DNA of 64,000 bases from Paramecium tetraurelia (lineage: Eukaryota): NCBI GenBank assembly GCA_000165425.1, contig CT868607.1, positions 186,001-250,000 on the forward strand, read 5' to 3'. Positions within the stretch are counted from its first letter, which is position 1, and each line of letters starts with the position of its first letter. The notes below the pieces were generated by a model, which did not search any database, was not told where the DNA came from, and saw nothing but the letters and a program-made list of their open reading frames with translations. Of the stretch, positions 53,259-64,000 are shown piece by piece. The translations under genes were made by a program, and so were the position numbers.

Positions 53259-53483
53259 ACAAATATATCCACTAGAAACGGAATCATAATAGTCAAACAC
53301 CTGAGTGCTCTCAATGAAGTGGTGCATGATCCAAAATATTATATTATATTAATTTTAGACCATTATATCAATAACAGTATTTCACCCTACCTCTGTAAAG
53401 AATAAATTTTGCCCCTGAGAGCACTCCTTTATACTATTTTTTATATTGCTTTAAATAAAAATAATAATATTAATTAACATATT

Positions 53484-55415
53484 ATGAATTCACCTCTCAA
53501 AGAACTAGAATAAATTTAGTTAAGACAAATAGAACAAGGCTACTATTAGAACGATACTGAATAAATAAAATAAATCCTAAATTCCATTAAATTGATGGCT
53601 TTTGAAAACCTAAATAAAAAACAAATTAAATAGCCTATGAAAGTGGAAGAGAATTATTAGAGTAGGGTTTAAAATGAAATAGCGCAGTTTTACAGAAATC
53701 AATATAAGTCAATCGACATAGTCGAAAGATCTAAACTAAGATCACGAAACATTAATCAAAAACTTATCGAATATTAAAATCGAAATACGCCTAAAAATTA
53801 AAAAATGGGTTTACCTTCACTTCGATATAGTGAAATTTAAAGCAATCCCGTTAAATAAGCAGCAAAACCTGTTACATCTTCCCATACGGAAAGAATCAAA
53901 TTTGATAAAGCAAGAACTTTATTGAATAAAACTTTCAATGATTTTGCTCAACAATGGATGAAATGCGAGAATAGAAACTCCCCTCCCTTAGTTAAGAATG
54001 TCCCTAATATTAAGAAGGGAAACTCAATTATTTTAGATGAACTCACCAGTAGGGCTCAATCTATTATTGAGTCTGCAACCATCAATAAAAAGCTGAAAAA
54101 TAGATTATATCATTAATATGGAACACACACGCCTACTAATATAAGGGATTAATAATTGGCTATCACTTAAATTTAATTAGGTAATCTTTCTTTCGAAATA
54201 CCAAAATGTAATAAATTTTTAGTTGACCAAGAAATGAGAATCTTAAAAAGCAGAATAGCTAATAGAGCTAAGCCCAATATCCTAGTGGTTGATTAAAGAA
54301 GAATGTAAGTATGATTTGTATTTGTTTACTAATTTAATTTTTTTATGTCTTTGACTTATATAAACTTAGAAGCCAGTCCTAATAGATAAAAACCATTTGG
54401 TTTGGCAAGCGGAATGATAGAGGACTTTTTACTTAACCCATTGGAAAAATTGCGCACTTTGAAATGCGATAAAATAAGCGGCAGTTGGGATTTAACAAAA
54501 ATAAGGGAGATTTTGAATAAAATAAAGGATCTTGCCCTATAAAATAATATAAGCAATGATATTATAGATCCACCAAAGATTTCATCAGACACTGAGAGGC
54601 TAATTGAATAAATAGGTGATTATCGTAATCAGTACAGTTCATTTGAGCAATCTTAAAAATACGATAACAAGCCAAAGAGAATCCAATAAATCGTCAAAGA
54701 CTTCGAAAATCGAGTGATATATCGATCTTAAAGGTCTTCATCAGTGTAATCAAAGACTATTCAGTAACCCAAGAAATGTAAATTAATAAGCAAAGAGTTC
54801 GAATAAAAATTAAATAGTATAAATTAAAAATATGGTATGAAAACTACTCAAATAGTGGCAAAAAGTAAGTATATGGATCATTAATCAATAAATTCAAACA
54901 GTTAATAAAAATCAATAAACACATACTTTATGCGTCCTTAGACTACATGTTCAGCAAGAAAGACATATTCATTTCGTAGAGAAAAAACTTACGATATGGA
55001 TTAGAAGCGTTTAAACACTGCCAGAACTAATAGTAAAAGAGCCTAATCAGGGTATTAAATGTAGAATTTTGAATCAGAAAAATAAAATGCTTCAATAATT
55101 GCTAAAATAATGAAAAAATCACAATAAAACAAAAAAGTTAATTTAAAAAAATATCATTTAGAAAATAATGATTTATAACCTACATTCATGTTAGATGATA
55201 ATGATTCCTAAACAAATAAATTGATCAAATGCATAGAATTCAATCCACTTGATTCAATTTAAAAAGAATATCGAAGCTTTATGCCAAGTGATGATGATTT
55301 CATTTTAAAATTAAGCTTTTAATAAATTCAATCTAGAAGAAAGAGATAAAATCCTAATTTATAAAAAATATTCTATGCAAAAGCACAAAGTAAATACTTA
55401 CAAGATCCCATTTGA
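53484..55415 (+). CDS. Hypothetical low-complexity (Q/N/K/S-rich) protein
   Basis: Open table-6 frame from MNSPLKELEQI that includes supplied ORF 53922-54116; intron(s) near 54306-54360. Confidence 0.6.
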
Positions 55416-55557
55416 TTAGGAATATGTTTATTGTTTTGCAATTAAATATAATAATTAAAAACTGATATTTGAGATCCTCTCAAAATTAAACTATTATGAC
55501 TTTAAACATAAGTAATTCACATGACCAATAATTATTATCTGATATATAATATATAAT

Positions 55558-55856
55558 TCATCCTGTTTTGAAGAGCATGATGGCCAGTTATCCAATGTAA
55601 AAATATATATAATGTTTTGTTTCGTGAGTTACATACGATCCAAAGTTTCTTCCTACAATACAATGCCACGTTCCATGATATTTTGCTCTTAACTCATCCT
55701 TGATATATGAGGCAATTTATTAATCCTACATATTACTAATGCTTATACTGTAGAACTCTTGTCAATGGCTTATCTTGATACTTCAATGACTTCTCTTTGC
55801 ATTTCATCACTCATATCAATTTGTTTAATGACAGGTTGTAATTTATCGAAAGACAT
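55558..55856 (-). CDS. DYNLL: Dynein light chain LC8 type, 91 aa
   Basis: [11 protein letters not shown]...[52 protein letters not shown]; 23-nt intron at 55726-55748. Confidence 0.97.
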
Positions 55857-56953
55857 TTGAATATAAATTATATTAATATAAGTTTCAAGACTTATAACAA
55901 TGTCATTTATAACATTTCTTTATAAATGAAAATACTTAAATTGACTAACATCAATTAAACAAGAAAGACTGCCTCTTAAATTCTCTTTAAGAGTTAATAC
56001 ATTCCACATTTTACTTAATTTGTCTATTATTGATCTCTTTCTTAAGTTGAGGCTGAGCAAAAATGAATAATCTTAAAATCTTTAGAAATCACTGATGGAC
56101 TAGAGCAAGAATGGGAGAATCCAACTCATATATAAGAAGATTTTATATTATTAATAGTTTTTACTTAAATTTGAACTTCTAAGTAACAAATTTGGTGCAG
56201 ATGCAGATAATACAAGTCCTGATTTATTATAACCTTGAGAATTATCAGGATTATTTCATTTTTTGAACAAATAACTTGATATTCTCTTAAATATTAATGA
56301 TTATCTCCTTTAAATTAAATAATATAACTAAAATGTATCTAACATTAAATTTTGAAATTATTAATATACTTTGTTATCAACATAAATTCACATTAGAATT
56401 ACTATTTTCTATATATGCAATTTAATCTATCAATTTTTGTTATCATTTTTAATAAACAGGTAGTTTCAATTATAATTTATCAAATCATTTTATTTGGCAA
56501 CAGATTTCTTCATTAATGAGATCTAATATACTCATAAAACTTATAAATCATATTTTATTTGTCTATTGTTTATTGAATTAATCTTTTTTCTAAATGAATA
56601 CAGTTAAAATAAGTGTAAAAAGTTAAGCTGCACAAGTAATAAATGATGAGCAACATTATAAAACATGTATAAGCCCTCATAAATTCTAGATAATAATATG
56701 ATTTAATTGTTTAGTCAAACAAATCAATTGTTATGGAATGTTCTAAAATACTTTGATAAGATTTTCGATTAAATTTTTCATTCATATAAATATCTCATCA
56801 TTAATCTACTAAGTGATTCAAAATAGCACTGAATTGCAACATTTCATTGGCAAATGTTTGTAATGGAAAGTTGAAAATAATTTCATAAATTCTTAGTTTA
56901 ATTTCATTATAATTTTCTTACTTTATTTCAAAATGAATAAATTTAATACATTA

Positions 56954-59900
56954 ATGAAAAGCCTCACCTCAAAGGATTATATAAACAAATATACTCACAT
57001 CTTTTAGGAATCGTTACCACTTTGTATATAATATAGAAAGGACAAGGAATGGGATTAAATTGTTCATTTGATAGGAGATCATATTAAAGAATTTGATAAG
57101 CTACCAAGTGGAGTCAAGCAAAAAGTTGATTAATTTACAAAAAGCTCGTTATATTTTTTTTTAGCTGAAGCCCAATATCATTTAAAATAGGCTTTGACAG
57201 CAGAGGGATTGTTGGCTCTTGACACGGATGATGAGAAGATCAATTAAATAAAAGCTAAAACATATTTCATGTTATACAAGCAAACTAATAAAATTGAACA
57301 TATTGAGTATGCAGCAAAGTTAGCAGATTAGTTTTTTGGAACTGATCATAAAATCAGTTAGTTATATTAGACAGAACTGGACCAGAGATAAAGAAAAATT
57401 AAATTCTTGCAGTTACAATCAATACCGAACTTCGAGGTTTTTAAGCAAGGACTGGAATTTTAGTATTTCAAGAATCAAACCAAAAAAGAAGCCAATTTAA
57501 AAAAAGGTAGAAATATGCATTTAAGTGAAATTGAAAAATTAACGACAGAAGCATCAACCTTTGAACCTTCTAAGAGAATCAGATACAAAGGTAATGAATC
57601 TTTACTCAAAATTTCTGATCAAAAAATGAACCTGTATCTCCCTCTTTCCAGTTCTAACCTCCATTCTAAATCAATCATTTAATTCAGACAGAATAACATT
57701 ACCAGTGAATTAAGAGGATCTTATAAACTAGATTCTGTTCAAGATATGCCTGTAGAAAGTAGTAACATGCAAGAATTACTCTTACAAAGGCCTCAATCAT
57801 GCAAATAGAGGCATCCTAAGAAGTTAGTGAAAAATTAGTAAACTTAACCATCTCCTTAAAAGTAGCATCATCATCAATAATCAAGTTTGTCCTAATAATA
57901 ATAGAATCGGAATACTCTTCTTAAAAGGAGTTAAATAAAGCTCCATTAACAAAACTTAATGAAGAGTAGTTCTAAATAACGCATAGAGGTAAAGGAATAA
58001 TCGTAACCTAAAATTTTGGATTCTAAATCAATATAGTGTGAGATTTCAGAACAATCAAGTTATTTTAAGACTGATTAATAAAGAGGTTAGCAAGATTTGG
58101 ACTTCCATTTTTCTCCGAGAATTGGTTAATCCTATTACAGTTTAAATACGAGTTCTGGCGGTAGCAAACATTAGATTGATAATGAGTATTTACACAATAG
58201 ATTAGATGGATTATATAAGATCTAATAAGAACATGCCTTAAGAATGATAATAAAGAATTTTAGAAGCTTTGTCCAAAAATAAAAGATCTAAAAGAGTCAA
58301 GACTTAATGAAAAAGAGCACAGCCAAATAACACTTTTCTAATTTGATTGTTGAAGTTGGTGCAACTAAAAATATATTGATAGAAGAGAAACTTGCTAGAA
58401 TTAAATCAATTCTTCATATATGCTAAGTGATAGATCAAGGTTCTTTGAAATCCTGGATGATCTATTCACCAATCAAACAAATTAATGCTGTCTCTTGGAA
58501 GATTAAGAATTTCTCCTGGGTCGTATTTAAACGATTAAAAACTAAGAAAACTTAAATCCATCCTGACATAGCAAAGTTATATAAGGAAACTCCAAAATAT
58601 CGGCAGATCATAGAAGTGTGGAGTAGTAGTATTGATGGCACTAATGCTATCTTTGTATTGAGTATTGCAATAGAAGTCAAAGGCAAACAATATGATATCA
58701 GATTACATCTGAAAAATATATAAAATATTTCTAAAGATTTTGAAAATACGTTTTCAAGTACAGAACTCATATCTCAATTAATCAATGTTTATTTTCAATC
58801 TCATGGTATCTAATATAATCACTCTATCAAACCTACAACTCAATTTATTCAAACTAAATAAACATTACTAAGATAAGACATTTTGAAGAAAGGATGTCAA
58901 AACATTTCAAATCATCTGAACTAATTGTTTCTTAATAATTTTCTATATATGAGAACTGAAAATGGATACAAATTTAGAAGAGTCACATTTTCTGAATAAA
59001 TTCTGGAAAATCAAGTGGAATTGTATCGATAAATTGAATAAAGAAGAAATCTTATTAAAAAGACATTCTAACCCTTTCATATTGGTAGTAGATATTTTGG
59101 TATTAAAAATTCTAATTTAAGAAATAAAAGATTATTAAAATCCTTGTCTATTGCAATCGAATTGTAATCTCCAGTCTTATAGTCGACAGCAATGTCTCCC
59201 TATAATTACTGGTAAGGATTGAGATCTTAATCCTTCAAAGCAGAATTTTAAGATGAAATTATTGAAGAATCCAGTTTTACACCCAAATCAGGATTTTCCT
59301 AAGCTTCACCTAGATCTTCCATCTCTCCCCAAATTAGACCAAAGAATAATACCTTTTCTTCCTTTTCCTAAAGCTCCTCAAATCTAATGAAAAAATCTAA
59401 ACAAAAACCAAATGTAGAGGATTACTTTAAAAATTATCCAAAATAAAGAGATATAAAATTAAAAGATCCCATTCCTTTTAATCCTTATTAGAGTCAGTAA
59501 GTAATATTATAATGATTTTAGATAGATTTTACTTCTTTATTTAACACGTGATAAAGAAGGCTGGCATGTTAATTATTTGACATTTACATTTAATTTTGAA
59601 AATCCAGAAAATTTCGGTCACTTCCTTCTGCATAGTTATTTGTTTTAACAAAGGGATGTTATTCAGTCTAGCTAATCCTTGCAAAAATTCACTTAAATTG
59701 TAGACCTAGATATATCCGTTTTAAAAATCTATTTGGGATACTATAGAAATATTCCTTACATAGCCAAACTGAATTATATCAAGTAAATCAATCAAATCGA
59801 TGGATATAATTATAAAAAATCCAACAATATTATCTTTGATGAATTTCCTGAATATAAGACAACAAGAAGGATAGAAAGGAAATCTTTAATTAATGACAAC

Positions 59901-62355
59901 TCCTAAATCAATAAAGATCATTATTACATTTTTATTTTTAAACCTTAAAATCAATCACGAATAGTATTTAGAATTAAATAATCATATTTTAAAGGAAAAG
60001 AAATCTACGAGTTATACCTGTACAAAAATCAATAGCCAAAGTTTATATAAATTAACAATTAATAAAGCTTAACAAAATTACAGGAATTGTTTAAGAAAAT
60101 CATTAATCAATAAAGTAGACCTATCATTGGTGAGTTTTAGTAATTGCAACGAGTCTTAAATTATTATATACTTTAAGAATATAAAGCAAATGGAAGCTTT
60201 GTTACTCTGGGTTTTTAAAATTAAACAAAATAAATTTTTAATTACGAATTGAAATCTAATTCAACTAAAGAAATTTATAAAATACTGTTAAAACATTTAG
60301 TTGCTAATGAACAAAACCATATTAAGAATTTACTAAGAACTTACTGTAAAATAACTAAGTTTCAGGTAGTATCTAAATTAAATAACTTTAAAGGGATGAA
60401 CTTATTGCAGTTTACTTAATATTTAATGGAGGAAGATATAATGATATTGGAGATTCTGATATTTCCATTTGAAAAACGTTTATCATCCTTTAAAACATAT
60501 CTGAATCATAATGATTTGTAGACATTCTAGATCTTGAATCATTCTGTGGAAGAGAAAGCTTTGTTCTTAAAGAATTTACTAAGTTTGTCCTACAAAGGGA
60601 ATTCCTAATAAGTTCATTTGTCGCTAAATTCAAATTTTAAGTATGTGAATCAGATAAATGAGAATATGGGATCAAAACAAAAAACGAATCTGTTTATTAA
60701 ATAGAAATAGGCGATACAATTAATATTTTAAAGAGTCAAGAAATTGAGTAAGCATTTCTTAATTGTGTCTTTATTCTAAAATACTTTAAGCCATGATTTA
60801 ATAATACAAATCTACATTCCAAATCTTTGCAAGTAATTTAGGAGTGTTATGTCAGATTATGAATTTAGTAATTTACATCAAACCACGTTAGACAAGATCA
60901 TTCCTGGAAACATATTAGAAAGTTTAGATGAGTATTTGAATCATTTTCCATAAAGATATAATAATTTCATATCATTCATGAGATAATAAAAATTGTAACA
61001 TATTGACGATTAGTTTTCTATAAAATCAAGATTAAGTGAGAGATCAGGAATCTCTTCTATCAGCATTTAAAAGTTTAAAGATCAATACGAATAAATGCTA
61101 TTGAATTAGTAATAAAATGATCTATCTCATGGATATAATTATTATCGCTCTTAAGCTTAATCTCAAACTGGTCATCATCAATACAATCAATTAAAGCAAA
61201 GTTATAAGATTTTGAGAAGCGAAAGTAAGAAGCCTTCCTCAAGAACATATTTTGGAAAGTTATCACATCCATAAAGAGTATCTCATGATGTCTAAAGTAT
61301 GAATTAAGTTGATATGAGTAGTATTTAAAGAAAGAATTAGTGTGAAACCATCAATAAGCAAATTTGATACATTTTACGATGTCATCAAATTGCAATAAAT
61401 CTTAAAAATTGCAGCCTTATCCAAAAATATTTCCTATAAGTTCTTAATGTGTTACGTATTATGAATTACTAAATTAGTTTTGGGAATAATTAATTGAGGA
61501 TTGCAACATCATAATGACTAATTACAATAAATACATTTTATAAATAGATACTTATAGAGGCATATTAAGACAATTGGGGTATTTGATATTACATTAAATT
61601 TAGAGTTTCTCAATAGGTTTATATTGACGATGATTACCAAGCAGAAATATTCTTTGAGTAGCAATAAGTTGAATATGGTTCTATGTTTGAGAAATATAGT
61701 TTTATATCCCTCAAAGAATCATAAAGCACAAATATCTATTTTTCTTATAAAAAATTAGATGGTTCAACTTAAAAAACAATCAATTTGAAATGTTAATTTA
61801 GACAATGCATTTATAATTACTCATCAGTAAATTTGATATTTCATTCTTAGCTGAATCAAATCTCTTATAACACAGCCTTAAGGATTCTTAAACAAAGTAG
61901 TGATTACTTGACTGAATAAATTAAGAATAAAAATAAAGTAATTGAATTTCCTAAAGTTGATATCAAAAGCATTCCAAGCTTTAAGAACCAATAAAAAATC
62001 CATAAAATTAGAAACTTATATTAACAAGTATGACAAAATATTCTATATAGTCATTCTAAATATAAGTTTATTTATTCTTCCAGATTGATGATGAATGTGA
62101 TAGTGACAATCTTATATAAAAATGAAAGATTTTATTTTTATTTGGAAGATTGCTAAAAGCAGATTGAGTTTCCAATAAAGATGTCAATCAGATCTGTTTA
62201 GGATAACATTCCTCATATATCAATGCTTCTTCAATGTTCATAAGAATATACAATTGGACAAAGATTGTTATCAACTTATAAAAACTTCTTAATTATAAAA
62301 GCCTATGAAAAGTTATTTAAGTTCAATAATTGAAACAGGGATTTCTTTTACATGA
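56954..62355 (+). CDS. Very large hypothetical protein (about 1700 aa) with a TPR-like helical N-terminus
   Basis: Long table-6 frame from MKSLTSKDYINKY, including LAEAQYHLKQALTAEGLL; several tiny introns; frame not verified throughout and it could be two genes. Confidence 0.55.
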
Positions 62356-62440
62356 ATATATGTATTTTTAATAATTAACATAACATTTATGAAACATATA
62401 AACCTAACAAAATTTTAATATTAAAATAATATCTATTTAA

Positions 62441-63474
62441 TCAAGAATTCGTAATTATATTGAAGTCTCTCTTTTTCTCTGGAGTTTTTCTTCTCTTAAG
62501 TAAATGGTCAACGGATAGCATTGTAAATGGAATTTCTTTCTTTGGAAATCTTTTATCTTCAAACTGCTAGAATTGCTTTGATTGAAGCAAAGACTTATTT
62601 TTCATCTTTCTCTTCGTGTCTTTAAAAGAACTATTCATACTAGTATTTAATGTCTGCTTATAATTATCTAATTCTCTTTATTTTGGAGTAGTGATTAAAC
62701 TAATATCATAATCCATTTTATCATTCGTTTAAGGGTGGTGATCTAATCTTTAACTGTAATATTCATTTTATATATTATATTATTGATCTAACTTATACTT
62801 GTTTTATTAATCTTTATTAATAGAGGATTTTTCAAATGAAATTTCATCAATCACATTTATTTTATTGTCATTAAATTTGGGTGAATTTAAATTATCTTAT
62901 TATATGGATGATAATAAAGAGGATTATTGTCGTATGCCTAAACTTAAATTCGTTTTTGCTTTTGATTCTTAATTTTAACTGAAAGTTTGTGATGATTTAT
63001 GGATGCCTCTTAAATTAGGATCGAAGAATTAGGATTACGTAGTAATTTTAGTTTTAATTGGTGAAACAATATCTCTGATCATTTAGCTGAACTTTTTAAC
63101 ATCCTTCATATTATTGGGTGAATTGATTTCATTTTCAGAACTTTCTTCATCTTCTTCATCTTAATTCCGTAAATATTTAACGATAAACTTCAATGAAATT
63201 TTAAGTAGTTTTTCATAATCCATTTTATTCAATAAATCGTGTATATATTATTCTGAAATGAAATACTACTTGAATGATTTAGGTTTTAAGGCTATCAGTT
63301 AGCAGCAATATTTTTTAATCTTTTCATTTCTATTTTAAATTGGAGGGCATTCGAAGATTCTAGAAGAGTTTGTTGTTAATATTCTATTCTGGTTTATTAA
63401 TGAATATTTACATTGATATTCCTCATTTCCTCCCTTATTATAATCATCTCCTTAACTAAATGTGCTTTACTCAT
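62441..63474 (-). CDS. Hypothetical protein
   Basis: MSKAHLVKEMIIIREEMRNIN, an intron, then an open S/Q/K-rich frame to TGA. Confidence 0.6.
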
Positions 63475-63532
63475 TTTAATTTTATTAATTTAACATCTAA
63501 ATAATTAAAATTATCATAATATTCATTAATGA

Positions 63533-64000
63533 TCAATATTCTATTCTTGAATATGGAGACCGTATATATGACCTACCATTTTAACTGGGGGAGATCACTC
63601 TCCTTGTCCTGGATAAATTTGGATGTTCTATAATTGTCTCCGGAACCCGATCTACCTCTTTTATTATTGGTATTTCTCTGTACACATTAATTGGTTCAGA
63701 ATAAACTGGCACTTCTTTATAAACAGGCACCTTCTAATATATGGGAACATCTCTATAGACAGGTACATCATAATATACTGGTTAAACTTTATAAACAGGT
63801 ATGTCTTTATAAACTTTTACTTCCTTTTCTACTGGAACTTCCTTATAAACCGGTACTTCTTTGTTAACAGTTACTTCTTTATATTAGGGTACATAAATGG
63901 GAATTTCTTTAGTATTCATTTAAGATGGCTTTTCAACCTCTTTAATTACCTCTTTAATAACTTCAAATGGTTTTACTACCTCTCTAACCACATCTCTGGG
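63533..64000 (-). CDS. Alveolin/articulin-like cortical cytoskeleton protein, 3' part (runs in from the window end)
   Basis: Repeats EVVKPFEVIKEV, KEVPVYKEVPVEKEV, YDVPVYRDVPIYQKVPVYKEVPVY (VPV motif). Confidence 0.85.

Noticed and set aside
53313..53340. SECIS-like ATGA...AAAA
   Set aside because: It is not in a 3' UTR, has no convincing helix II pairing, and no selenoprotein gene is adjacent.
1..64000. CRISPR arrays, prokaryotic defence systems or a prokaryotic Argonaute operon
   Set aside because: The DNA is eukaryotic with spliceosomal introns. There are no repeat-spacer arrays, and the Argonaute is a eukaryotic Piwi.
1..64000. Retained IESs or Tc1/mariner transposons
   Set aside because: Genes are interrupted only by intron-sized GT-AG segments or single bases. 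I saw no TA-bounded insertion breaking a CDS and no transposase motif, which is consistent with macronuclear sequence.

Overview
This is gene-dense, very AT-rich eukaryotic DNA from a ciliate macronuclear chromosome, most likely Paramecium (P. tetraurelia-like). Long reading frames appear only if TAA/TAG are read as Gln and TGA is the only stop (translation table 6). The genes carry 20-31 nt GT...AG introns, so the supplied standard-code ORF track is fragmentary and often on the wrong strand. I translated about 37 genes by hand. They include an LMBR1-like protein, a Piwi with intact slicer residues, a cNMP-binding protein, an Unkempt-like CCCH protein, a trichocyst matrix protein, a delta-12-type desaturase, Sec14, a CK1-like pseudokinase and a K+-independent H+-PPase. 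Also present are ERK7/MAPK15, TVP23, two ET-domain paralogues, CLK/CAMK/NEK kinases, two SIMPL/DUF541 genes, Piezo, dynein light chain LC8 and an alveolin/articulin. I found no rRNA, tRNA, transposon, CRISPR or telomere arrays. The main oddities are three single-base +1 frame disruptions in conserved genes, an ATGA stop/start overlap, ET-domain paralogues in which a helical domain is replaced by polyQ, secreted SIMPL proteins, and divergent ATGs only 11 nt apart. All calls come from manual reading with no database search, and boundaries of the hypothetical genes are approximate.
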